From Octopus bimaculoides (Eukaryota), in the NCBI RefSeq assembly GCF_001194135.2, contig NC_068983.1:106494812-106539969 (forward strand): a DNA stretch of 45,158 nucleotides. Direction: 5' to 3'. The first letter of the stretch is position 1. Every line of letters starts with the position of its first letter. The notes beneath the pieces are model-generated. The model was not told where the DNA came from. It worked only from the letters and a program-made list of their open reading frames with translations, and ran no database searches. Below are positions 1 through 11,140 of the stretch, in pieces. Made by a program: the position numbers and the translations under genes.

Positions 1-399
1 GTGACTATGTAAAATAATAGGTGTGTGTGTATGTATATATATATATAATCTGACGATTAGCTATATTTTTGAATAGAATTTATTTTCGATAATTTCAATT
101 GATTTTAATCAATTTCAATTTCTTTTCTATTTGAAAATTAGTTATCAAACACGTGTAATCTTTTTATTATATTTATCTTATGATATTTACTTTACTTTAT
201 ATTATACTCATTTATTGTGCTTTTAATTATTAATTTTTCTATATGTGATAGTGGATTTTCATCGATGAGTTCTTGAAACTTGGTTATTTTCCCTAAAACT
301 ATATATTTTATATATATATATATATATCTATAAAAGAAAATTAAGAAAATTGAGATATAGCATTTAATGAATATCTATTATCTGCAAAAATCCAACATA

Positions 400-490
400 T
401 TCTCTTACAGCTGTTTCAATTAAGCCTAAAGATTAAAATGGCAATTATTAAACCATTATACTAAGCAAAATCTCATCAGAGGGGTAGAAA
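400..490 (-). ncRNA. Candidate type I hammerhead ribozyme (Penelope/retrozyme-like)
   Basis: The minus strand reads ...UUCUACCCCU CUGAUGA G[54 nt, foldable]GAAAC AGCU GUA^AGAGAA. Both conserved core boxes are present, stem III is the short palindrome ACAGCUGU, and the cleavage triplet is GUA. Stem I is imperfect (needs a 4-nt bulge). Confidence 0.55.
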
Positions 491-1070
491 AAATATATAC
501 CGTTAGGTCATTAGGTATTGTGTTTTCGAATCATCACAGCATCTTCATTTTCTTTTGAATGATTATAAACCTTGATTTATATATAGATCTATTATTTTAT
601 GAATATTATTATTATTCACAACAAATATTAGGTAATGAACCAGTAATTTATTGGATATTACTATCCCTTAATGAGGCTAATTTAATCTCTAATTGAATGC
701 ATATATATATATATAAATATATATATGTAATCGTCTAAGAATCCATATGGGAGAACAAATATGCACTCATATATTTGTCGATAGAGTGGGTATATTAAAA
801 TGAAGTGTACAGTATAATATTGCCATTATGACTGATCTTACCAATCGATTTCACACTAGGGGTTCAACAGGATGTAAGGTAAAAGCCTGATTATGCAACC
901 CTGCACTCTTTAAAGTTGACAGGGAAGAAAATATGGTGACCACTCTCTATTGCTGGAGGTGAAAAGCAATCAGAAACTGGTTGTGTCTTTTCACAATTTT
1001 GCTTTTATCATCTTCTACAACTTCACTACTTAGGTTCATCGATGTTCTTCACAAATTACNNNNNNNNNNT

Positions 1071-1250
1071 GTTTAACCCTGGGTCATTACTGATTGAGCA
1101 GCAAAGGCCATCCTGTTTGGCCTGTAACCATCTGACTTTTTTTTTTTTACCACATACACAATGTATCTTTTTTTTTAAGACAGAAGGGGCAATTTGAGAG
1201 AGATTTGGCTGCTCTTTCTAGCAAGTCGAAGAGATGACAGTGCAACCACT
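1071..1250 (+). mobile_element. Interspersed repeat family F fragment (unclassified)
   Basis: Shares the motif GAGAGATTTGGCTGCT(A/C)TTTCTAGCA and an upstream CCCTGGGTCA..CTGAT..AGCAG block with copies near 24790-24960, 30340-30650 and 42170-42450. Confidence 0.55.
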
Positions 1251-1930
1251 CTTTTGTTGGCTTATTTTCTTTTTGATTGCAATGTAAGTGACTGACCTAA
1301 ATCTAATTCAAGACATATTAAAGAAACATTAAGAGTTACAGCTGAATGCTCATGTTATCAAAATTCACTGTTACACTAGAATACACATGCTGTATAGATC
1401 AGCATTCACTTCCACACTACAAAGAACAAGTTGTATACATCAACATATTAGTTTATCAATGGAATTTTCTACTGATTCACCATATTTTCATTCATAATAT
1501 TAATGACATTTTATCTCCCATATTTTATTGAAATGTCCTTTATAGGCAAGGCAATAACTTACTAACCTCCCAATTGAGTGTTATGAAAATTTAAAGAGAT
1601 TTACATTGCAGTACAAATGTTTAAGACATTTTCAATAATTTTATATTTATTCCTTTCCATGTTTGATAATTCTGCAAATAAATTTATGTATATTATCCAA
1701 GCGTATATTTTATGGTTAGCTACAGGTATTTGTATGAACTATTTATCCACAAAGTATGTTTACAACTTTCCCTTTTAGCAAGTTAAACTGAAATACATAT
1801 GGCAATGTGCTTTGCTACAAAGCACACAAATGCTACATACAGGTAACTAATCTGGAAAACCCAAACTGCTAGCAGGCTTTGAATTCTTGACTTTTGAATC
1901 TTAATCACATGTGCAAGACCTCAATAGAGA

Positions 1931-2518
1931 AGCATGGGTTGGATGATTTGACTGAGGACTGGCGAACCAGATGGCTGCACCAGGCTCCAATCTGATCTGG
2001 CAGAGTTTCTATAGCTGGATGCCGTTCCTAACACCAACCACTCCGAGAATGTAGTGGGTGCTTTTACGTGCCACCGGCACGAGGGCGAGTCAGGTGGTAC
2101 TGGCAATGGCCATGCTCAAAAGGTGTTTTTTACGTACCACATGCACAGGAGCCAGTCCAGTGGCACTGGCAATGATCTCGCTCGAAAAACCTTTTCACGT
2201 GCCACCGGCACAAGTGCCAGTAAGGCGACGCTGGTAACGATCACGTTTGAATGGTGCTTATTACGTGCCACTGGCATGGAAGCCAGTCAGCTGCTCTGGC
2301 AACGATCATGCTTGGATGGTGCTCTTAGCGCTCCACTAGCACGGATGCCAGTCATGTAGTGCTGTCATCGAATTTGATTTCGATTTTATTTTCACTTGCC
2401 TCAACAGGTCTTTGCAAGCAGAGTTTAGTGTCCAATGAAGGAACAAGTACACATAAGTGGGCTGGCTACACCCCTAGCATAGGTCACAGGTTATGGTTTC
2501 ACCTGGCTTGCCGGGTCT

Positions 2519-2520
<2 letters not shown>
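1931..2520 (-). mobile_element. Family B retroposon ((GAT)n-tail family) with about 4 internal tandem units and a 5' head
   Basis: Homologous to 14532-14914, 15051-16195 and 35430-35730 (GCATGGGTTGGACGATTTGACTGAGGACTGG...CTGGATGCC.TTCCTAAC.CCAACCACTC). Contains repeated GTGCCACCGGCAC...GGCAACGATC units. Confidence 0.85.
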
Positions 2521-2549
<29 letters not shown>

Positions 2550-2614
2550 GTATGTATATGTGTGTGTGTGTGTGTGTGTTTGTGTGTACCTATACACACA
2601 CACACACACACACA
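2521..2614. repeat. Compound (TA)n(TG)n(CA)n microsatellite
   Basis: Directly visible. Confidence 0.95.
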
Positions 2615-2855
2615 CCCTGTACTGGTGCAACCTCACTCACCTGCAAAAAACTAGACTCCTTCCTCTCTTTTGTCCAATCCTTCCATCCTGCCCTCGTGTA
2701 TGTATGTATGTATGTATTAAAGAAAGCAAAAAATAAAACAAAAATGATAGTGTCCAGTATGTTGGTGACTGGAATTTCTGTCAATGAGACATGGTTAAAC
2801 AAAGTTGAACATCATCTCCCTCTTCCTCTCACATACCCACTCTTTCTCAGAATGA

Positions 2856-3006
2856 CAAACAAGCATGGCATGAGGTGGTCGTGAAATGTGCTAAAAATAA
2901 CAGCTAAATACCCCTTAAATTACACAAAAAATTTTGGAGGCGGGAGTTTCAGTCATATGAATTCTCATATACAAAACACAAATTCATGGAAATTTTCTGA
3001 AAATTC
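2856..3006 (-). mobile_element. Partial inverted copy of the MITE at 3984-4431
   Basis: Reverse complement of 4021-4161 at high identity with one 11-nt indel. Runs into the N gap at 3007-3128. Confidence 0.8.
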
Positions 3007-3129
3007 NNNNNNNNNNNNNNNNNNNNNNNNNNNNNNNNNNNNNNNNNNNNNNNNNNNNNNNNNNNNNNNNNNNNNNNNNNNNNNNNNNNNNNNNNNNNNN
3101 NNNNNNNNNNNNNNNNNNNNNNNNNNNNT

Positions 3130-3980
3130 ATATATATATAAGTTTAGTAAAAAATTTCTTGGACACTTTTAATATATCACTTTATTAACATTTAAAAAAA
3201 CAACAAGGAACAATCAATCCAAAAGGTAATCACCCTCATTATCGATCATCTTTTGCCATTTTTCAACCAGAAATCACGTGGCTTTGAATGAATAAAGTCA
3301 TAAAGGAATGATTTCACATCTTCTTTGTTTTCGACCTCTGTATTGCCAATTGCAAGGCAGAGAATAAGTGGTACTCGGAAGGGGCAAGGTCAGGAGAATA
3401 CGGTGGGTGCACCATAATCTCCCAGCCTGCCTCCTTCAGCTTCTCTGACGTCTTCTTTGCACGATGTGCTGGTGCGTTGTCTTGGTGGTAAATTATCTTC
3501 TTCAAATTTGAGCGTTTTTCAGCCAGTGCGATCTTTAGATGGTTGATTTGTTCGCAGTAGACATCCTTGTCAATGGTGATATTGCATGAGAGAAGATCCA
3601 ACATGATCACACTATGGCAATCCCTCCAAACTAAAATCATAACCTTCTTTTGCACAAGTGGTCCTTTTGGCAAAGGTGTTGGCAGTTGACCATTGCTACA
3701 CCAGAATCATCTGCACCGCATATTGGTGTACAGTACCCACTTTTCATCCATAATGATTACTGATTTCAACCAATCAAATCTTCGGCTTCATGCAGTGACA
3801 AGTGCTTGTTTGTTCGCTTCAGTCAATTCATGTGGCACCCATTTTCCAAGCTTGCTGACCTTGCCAAGTCTTTATATAGTCACAATAGACACGCTGGCTG
3901 CTCCTGATTGGTCAGCGATGCTGATTGGTTGTAGGATTGAAGGCGGCTTGGTTGTTCAAAGATTTTCTTACCAATGTAAC
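3130..3980 (-). mobile_element. Decayed mariner (Tc1/mariner, DD34D-type) transposon with transposase pseudogene
   Basis: Minus-strand translations show the diagnostic mariner motifs WVPHEL, IIMDEKWVLY, YHQDNAPAH and HPPYSPDLAPSEYHLF (third catalytic D appears as E). Stops and frameshifts are present. Degenerate TIRs (about 16/22 identity) lie at about 3140-3161 and 3953-3974. Confidence 0.92.
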
Positions 3981-3983
3981 ATA

Positions 3984-4431
3984 TGTGGAATTCTGCTTTT
4001 TTATAACTTTTTTGTTTTTCGGAATTTTCAGAAAATTTCCATGAATTTGTGTTCTGCACATGAAAATTCATATGACTGAAACTCTCGCGCCCAAATTTTT
4101 TTGTGTAATTTAGCTGTTATTTTTAGCACATTTCATGATCACCTCATGCCATGCTTGTTTGATGTGTTGATGTTTTTCAATATCTTTCTCCCTACAAACA
4201 TTTAATGGTCTACTGCTGGGATTTAATCAAAAAATTTGGACTGTTTGTATTTTAAATTGTGATTTTTAAAGAAATTTGAAAATTTCAAAAAAAAAAGGTA
4301 GGAAAGAAATTTTGAAAAATAAAAAAATATTTTTTCATAGTCATAGGAATTTTCCCATGTAGAACACAAATTCACAAAAAATTAAAAAAGTTATGAGGGG
4401 TTATATTGTGTGCTTAAAGCAGAATTCCGCC
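3984..4431 (+). mobile_element. About 450-bp TA-flanked MITE
   Basis: TA|TGTGGAATTCTGCTTT ... AAAGCAGAATTCCGCC|TA: terminal inverted repeats with flanking TA, plus subterminal AAAAAAGTTAT and GAACACAAATTC echoes. Confidence 0.7.
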
Positions 4432-4783
4432 TATACATCTATCATGTACATACATACATACACATGCTCACACATGTATAAATAGTACTCAGGTTACAGA
4501 AACGGCTGCTTAAGTTTTGAGCAATGCATGATGATTGTACTCAGAAAGAGTGCTATTTTTGCTACAGAACAAATCATCAGGCTGAGAACCTTTATAGTTA
4601 CCGAGAATAAGAATGTGATAACTGAAATGAATGAATATATGAGGAGCAATAACTCAGGTCCTTCAAAAGTCATATAAAGTCCCTTGGATTGTTTTATGTG
4701 TAAAAAAAAAACATGTTAATAAGAGAATGGAATGAAGTGGGAATGTATACTTGCATGTACACACCCATACTCAATCAATATGC

Positions 4784-4841
<58 letters not shown>
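4784..4841. repeat. (TA)n microsatellite
   Basis: Directly visible. Confidence 0.95.
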
Positions 4842-4843
<2 letters not shown>

Positions 4844-5243
4844 ATATATGCATAACTCTGAAAGACTTCTAATACACAAGTTACCCTCCAAAGTGCACAA
4901 AGAAGGAATTTTGCAAAACATTATTCTGACAATTATAGAATTTTTAACTGGATAGGATGTATTTATCTGTGTGTGGGCGCTTAATAAATATTTAATTTCT
5001 AATGCTTAAGCAATTCCTGCAGTTATTGTATAGAATGTATCTTATGTCTGTTGGGTAAAACTTACATTTTCTTGATGTAGCCTCAATCTTTCTAGGGAAC
5101 TCCATTGATGTAGTCAGTGTTCCATTCCTTTAGTTTCCAGATATTACATGTGATCCTTATACATCTTGTCAGACAAGATTAAATACCAGCTACTACAAAA
5201 GATTATATATACCCACAATTTATAAATTTTCATTCAGTATTAT

Positions 5244-5286
5244 CACAACTTTCTGATGAATGTGAAACTCTGAGAAACAAATTGTG
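5244..5286 (+). ncRNA. Decayed minimal hammerhead remnant (possible Penelope pseudo-LTR)
   Basis: CACAACTTT CTGATGA ATGTGAAACTCTGA GAAAC AAATTGTG. Core boxes and a stem I-like pairing (CACAA.TTT/AAATTGTG) are present, but stem III and the cleavage triplet are missing. AATAAA follows at about 5303. Confidence 0.3.
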
Positions 5287-5327
5287 AAGTTTTTTCAGCT
5301 TTAATAAAGCAGTATTTATATATATAT

Positions 5328-6141
5328 TCTTTTATTCTCTTGCATGTTTCAGTTGTTTGACAGCAGCCATGCTATAGCACTGCCTTAAAGGGTTTTAGTT
5401 GAAGAAATCGACCCCTGGACTTATTCTTTGTAAGCTTAGTACTTATTCTATTGGTCTCTTTTGTCAAACCACTAAGTTACAGGGACATAAACACACCAAC
5501 ATCGGTTGTCAAGCAATGGTGGTGGGGACAAACACAAAGACACACACATGAATATATATACATATATCATCAACATCATCATTTAATGTCTGTTGTCCAT
5601 GCTGGCATAGGTTGGACGGTTTGACTGGGCTGGCACACTGGAAGGCTGCACCAAGCTCTAGTCTGATTTGGCATGGTTTTCTATGGCTGGATGAACTTCC
5701 TAATGCCAACCACTCCAAGAGTGTAATGGGTGTTTTTATGTGCCACCGGCACAGGTGCCATTTGCTTGATACTGTATCTGCTATGACTGCAATTTTGCTT
5801 GGCTTGATGGGTCTTCTCAAGCACAATATAATGCCAAAGGTCTTGGTTATTGCTTCTGTAAGGCCCAACACTCAAAAGGAACTGTTACTTGCTTCCATGA
5901 GGCCCAATGCTCAAAGGAACTCAGCCACCTTGCCCCCGTAAGGCCCAGCACTTGAAAGGAACTCAGCCATTTTCCTCCATGTGGCCTAATGCTTGAAAGG
6001 AACTCAGCCACTTATGATAGGCTTCTTTCAGTTTCTGTCAACCAAATTCACTTGCAAGGCCTTGATTGGCCCAAGGCTATAGTAGAAGGCTCTTGTTCAA
6101 GGTGCCATGCAATGGAACTGAACCTGGAACCATAGGGTTCA
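5328..6141 (-). mobile_element. Family A tRNA-headed CORE-like SINE split by a family B insertion
   Basis: The 3' half (5328-5570) and 5' half (6012-6141) match the two halves of the fuller copy at 36457-36837 and are separated by the family B element. Confidence 0.8.
5571..6010 (-). mobile_element. Family B variant with an approximately 40-bp tandem unit
   Basis: Has the family B tail ((CAT)n...CATGCTGGCAT.GGTTGGACGG...CTGGATG..CTTCCTAATGCCAACCACTCC), followed by about 4 units of AGGCCCAA.GCT..AAAGGAACTCAGCCA at 5860-6010. Confidence 0.75.
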
Positions 6142-6149
6142 ATACAGGT

Positions 6150-7260
6150 GAGTTGTTAAATTTTATAGATTTCATGCTTTAGTAAAGAAACTCTTTGTAA
6201 CCACGGTTGGTGTTGTTTTGTGAAAGACTTGTTTATACTTATTTGAAGTATTAAAATCACTAAGGAAAATAACTCTTTCCTGAAGGATGTAAAAGCTCAG
6301 ATTAGAAACATCAGGGATTTGAATGATGTTCATTGAGACAAAACTGGTAATTTGTATCATGTAGAGAGTTCTTATCACTGTCTTCAATTTTATTTTTTAT
6401 CTCCTGCAATCATGAAGGATTACCATAAAATAAAGTCGGAAAGTAATGAATGATATCAATAATTCTGGATTTAAGGTTTCTTTTGAACTACATATCCAAG
6501 ATCAAAAAGATCAAACAGAACCACTCACTCCTGTAATTCCTCATTTCATCCTGAAACTTTGCAAACTGGATTTCATTAATAAGACATTTGTCAGGATGAT
6601 TAACCCTGCTAAATCAGATTTAGGTAGACTTAGCAAACATATTTTAGATAGGTGTAATCTAAAATATGTTGGTGCTTTAGACCGATACAAGTTATTTATT
6701 ATCAGTGATAGGCTGATTCAAGGTTATCCCTCATTAAGGATTACAAAATTTATTCAATTTGATATAAATATTTAATTTATCACCATTGCCGTTATTACTT
6801 AGAGCTATTAATTTTGCAATAATCATATCTGCGATTAGTAATTTTGAGGTTGATATAATTATCCATGCTTGGAAAACTGTGATGCGTTATGACAATTCTA
6901 TTTGAATAACAAAAACATGTTTACAAATATCTCCTTTTGATGTGAATATGGCTGTGAGCAATTCAGTTGAGACTGCTTACGTAATTGGCCTATTTATTCT
7001 GTTTCAGGCTAGGGATGAATTTCCTAATAAAGCTGGTTTTATATAGTTTAAACCTATCATTCATAGATTGCATTTGTTTACACATTTTTCTAATTTACTA
7101 TAATTGTTGATTTAATTAGATATCTATTTTCTACTTCGTTACACTATCCCCTCTGGTTCTTTGACAGACACCATATATGATGGAGAAATTATTTTAACCA
7201 TCCTGAAACAAAGTTGTTCCAAGACATCTGAATTACAAACAAACATTCTGAAATATACTG
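6150..7260 (+). mobile_element. Decayed Penelope-like element, reverse transcriptase region
   Basis: Frameshifted plus-strand peptides DKTGNLY, RMINPAKSDLGRLSKHILDR, KFIQFDI, IIIHAWKTVM, PFDVNMAVSNSVETAYVIGLFIL and NHPETKL appear in the order of the PLE RT motifs (DKTRN, RLINPAKSELG.ISK.ILD, FIQFDI..FYPS, FDVTMGSYDGAEVCELVGLFIL, SNHPP), recalled from memory. Confidence 0.8.
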
Positions 7261-7399
7261 ATTTTGTTTACAGGTTCAAAATATTTGTTTTCAGAAGAGC
7301 TACTGAGTTAGCAAAAAAAGAGTTTCTTTTACACTTGTAGATTGTGACAATATTGGAGTGTTTCCATCCTGTCAGGTATAGTCTTCCTCTGCCATTAGA

Positions 7400-8380
7400 T
7401 AAGAAACAAAGAGAGAAGATGACATGTGAGGTGAGGCTCATCATGTTTGCAGATCTCACCTGGAATCCCATCATCACTCAGAAATTTCTTATTTTTGAGA
7501 CTGCAGAAAAACTGAAGTTCTCCAATCAGTCTTCCCATACTCACCTCCACCTCAACCCATCCTGATTGATGCTCCCCTACAGCAGGTAAACTCATTCTGC
7601 TATCTTGAAAGCACGATCTCTGATACTGAACTCCTTGATAATGAGATGCTCCATTCGATCAACTTGGCCTCTGCATCTTTCAGGAGATTCAGCGAATGAG
7701 TCTTTCAGAACAAGAAGCTTAGAACAAGTACAAAATTCTGTTTATTGAGCTGTAGTGTATCTACCTGCTTGTATGGGTCTGAATGCTGGACCTTTATTGG
7801 CACAATATCAAACAACTGGAAGTGTTCCATTTTAGATTGCTTCAAAATATCCTTGGTCTCACATGGAAGGACAAGGTACCTCATATCAAAATCCTCTTGA
7901 AGGCTGGGATCTACAGCACTGGGGCCTGCATCTGTCATTGTCTTCTTTGCTGGGTTAGCCATGCAATTCGGATGCCAGTTAACTGGTTCCCAAAGATGGT
8001 CCACTTCAGCGAGATCAGTACTCCTGAATGTCCAAAACTTTTTCATAATCATCTCAGGCAGTCTATTATTTAATGCGGTGTCTCTTCCAGTCAGTTGTTG
8101 TCCCTGGTTGTTAATTAGAAGGCATGGATGTTTATGTGTGATGCTGGAGTTGAACACTTTAAAACCAAATACAGGAGACACATGAAGACAGGAGGAGGCA
8201 TCATCACCAATCCCATGCAGCTGTTGTTTGGGGTCACTCTCACTGTCCTCAGTGCCACAGGATCTGCTGTCTCATATCTGTCTTGTCTGGCGCATCTGCT
8301 CCCATGAGAAACAGTGTGCTGGAGGTGGAGGAGAATGAATGTCTTGGATCAATGGTGTCATCACTTTTGATGGGCTGTCA
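7400..8380 (+). mobile_element. RTE-clade LINE, 3' RT/C-terminal fragment (pseudogenised)
   Basis: Peptides MFADL..., CLYGSECWTF and LYWHNIKQLEVFHFRLLQNILGLTWKDKVPHIKIL...WVSHAIRM..PKMVHFSE match the RTE C-terminal consensus (YG.ETWTLY..HIK.LE.FH.RCLR.IL.I.W.D....WAGHV.RM..PK). Confidence 0.85.
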
Positions 8381-8484
8381 TAAGCAATAAGCTAGTATAA
8401 ATATACATGCATATATTTTGAATATATGCATTTATCTACCTCTCTCTCACTTTCTGTCTGTCCATGCATACATTCATGCATGCA

Positions 8485-8534
8485 TACATCCATCCATCCA
8501 TCCATCCATCCATCCATCCATCCATCCATCCATC

Positions 8535-8596
<62 letters not shown>

Positions 8597-8602
8597 CATA
8601 CT
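8485..8602. repeat. Compound (TCCA)n(TACA)n microsatellite
   Basis: Directly visible. Confidence 0.95.
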
Positions 8603-8689
8603 TACATACAAGCCCAAGTGTGTCTATGATCTTTACACATCATTTAAAGATATGCAGCATGCTACTTAAGTTTCATGGATAAGTAACTT

Positions 8690-8970
8690 CTTGACATGTT
8701 TTGAAATGTTGCATGATCTTTGTAAACAAAGGGCTCATAGGTATTGCCAAGCAGCCTGTTGTTGTTTGATTGCCTTTGGGAATTATTACTTTACTTGGAA
8801 ACAAATAAAGTTGGTAACAAGATGTGCATCAGGCCATAGAAAATTTGCCTCAGTAAATTCCATCAGACTCATGCAAGCATGGGAAAATGAGCATTAAACT
8901 GAAGATGACGATGACAATGATGACAACGGTGGTGACGACAACAACAATGACGATGATGATGATTTGATGA
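8690..8970 (+). mobile_element. SINE 3' half ending in a (GAT/GAC)n tail (A/B hybrid type)
   Basis: Similar to 40500-40720 (TTGGAAACA...GGCCATAGAAAAT.TGC.TCA..AAATT.CATC...C.CATGCAAGCATGG.AAA...GATGATG). Confidence 0.6.
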
Positions 8971-9659
8971 TCATAAGTTATTTATAAACATTAATCTTTT
9001 ATTCATGTTACTGTAGATGAGATGAGTTTTGAAAATGTTAGCATCTGAATATTGTTGAAGCCTTACCCATTGCTAACCATTTAACTGTGAAGCAGTGGTG
9101 GAATCTATTGTCCAGCCAAGTTATTTAGCTTTCCTGATGACATAATGGCTATAGTGGAAACGCTGTTACCATCTGGTCATAGAAAGCTATAAACCATCCA
9201 AAATGTCTGGAAATAAAATGTTAATGTGTCATTTGATAATTTGAGTTATAAATCTTAGGTTTTTTATTGTTATTTTTGATAAACATTGGTTTTTAGTGTA
9301 TTAGTTTCATGTTGTTATGTTGTCAGATATATTTATGACTGTGATAACATGATGGCTATATTTACATAATAACCTGCAGTAAATAATGGTAAAAATATTA
9401 AAATAGGTATAGGGAAATATGGATACAAGTGAATGTCTGTAGACATAATATTTATGACTTTATGTCAACTCATGCCTGCCTGCTCACCAAAATGTGAGAA
9501 AATACTAAAAAGTCATGAATTTTACTGGAAAATTGGCAAAAAAAAAAAAAAAGGAAGTCATATTTATATGTTTCATTTTTTATCACCAATATTTAACATG
9601 TGTAACAATAATTTTCACTGTCTTTTGAATTTGACTTCTGTTCTTTTATTGAGTTTAAA

Positions 9660-9667
9660 ACACACAT

Positions 9668-9703
<36 letters not shown>

Positions 9704-9750
9704 GTGTGCGTGCGCATACACACACACACGAGTGCGCGCTCACACACACA
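9660..9750. repeat. (CA)n microsatellite
   Basis: Directly visible. Confidence 0.9.
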
Positions 9751-10692
9751 CAGCTAATGTAATAAATATTCATTCTTTTTGTACCGAGAATTATTTTTCT
9801 AACATGAAAGTCCAGATTTGTATTTTAAACCACATACCTCTCTTTGTATTAGATTGTCTTACTGGTACGTTCTGCTCCTACTTCATTGATGATTGGTTAG
9901 TTGTGGAAAGGGTATTCAGCTATAAATAAAAAAAATGAAACAAAAATTAGTCTTACTTTCAAATTTCTAAATAAAAAACAAATGAAAAAAATGAAAAGAA
10001 CCCCTAGAAACATTTGGATTTCTTGAATGTGTGTTTGCTTTAATGTTTTTCCTTTGAAAAAAAATTTAATCCAAACAGTTACAACATGTCTCTCTTTAAA
10101 TACTGTTTAAGAGAACAAATATTGTTTTGGTGTTTTTAATACTTTTTAATGAATACCATTCAGATAACAAATTGAACCTATAATCCCTAAATGGCACGGT
10201 TGGATTTCTGATCCTTTTGGTAGTAACTCACTGAAGAACTATTAGGGTAATTTTGGTTCCATGCTAATGTCTTTCATGAAAGACTAACAATGGATGGATG
10301 AACAAAGCTGACAGCACACACAGAAAAGAGCCCTAGTTCTTTTCTTTTCAGAAGCCAGCCATCATGTTGTTGCTAAGCTGCAGTGATATTACTCTTTTGG
10401 CTATTCAATCTCAAGATTATGCTTTTACTAGTATTAATTTAAATCAAGTTGCAGCTCTGACATAATGGATAAATGGAGGTTCTAGGTGAAATGTGTTCAA
10501 TTATCAAATTGGAATTTTAGGAGCTGAGCATGAAAGAAAAAAAAAGAATAAAAATTCAAATGGAAAAAGTTACCCACAATATAAATGTGGTGCCAAATAA
10601 AGCAAAAAAAAAAACAAAACAAAAAAAACCCAGTAAAATTTTATATATACATATTATAATAAATATAATGAATATATATATAAATAATAGAT

Positions 10693-10699
10693 ATGCACA

Positions 10700-10765
<66 letters not shown>

Positions 10766-11047
10766 NNNNNNNNNNNNNNNNNNNNNNNNNNNNNNNNNNN
10801 NNNNNNNNNNNNNNNNNNNNNNNNNNNNNNNNNNNNNNNNNNNNNNNNNNNNNNNNNNNNNNNNNNNNNNNNNNNNNNNNNNNNNNNNNNNNNNNNNNNN
10901 NNNNNNNNNNNNNNNNNNNNNNNNNNNNNNNNNNNNNNNNNNNNNNNNNNNNNNNNNNNNNNNNNNNNNNNNNNNNNNNNNNNNNNNNNNNNNNNNNNNN
11001 NNNNTATATATATGTATGTGTATATATATATATATATGATGATGATG

Positions 11048-11080
<33 letters not shown>

Positions 11081-11140
11081 GATGCATGCACACACACACA
11101 TGAAGGCATACATACATACATACATACATACATACATACA
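10693..11140. repeat. (TACA)n/(TA)n microsatellite block spanning an N gap (10766-11003)
   Basis: Directly visible. Confidence 0.9.

Noticed and set aside
840-1039. GC-richer unique segment that might be an exon or a LINE 5' UTR
   Set aside because: There are stops in the frames examined, no clear splice pair, and it is truncated by an N gap. It cannot be classified.
1567-9206. Stop codons in exon-like segments rescued by A-to-I editing (UAG/UAA to Trp)
   Set aside because: Attractive for a cephalopod, but several stops per frame, including UGA, would need recoding and the resulting peptides are unrecognisable. There is no evidence in DNA alone.
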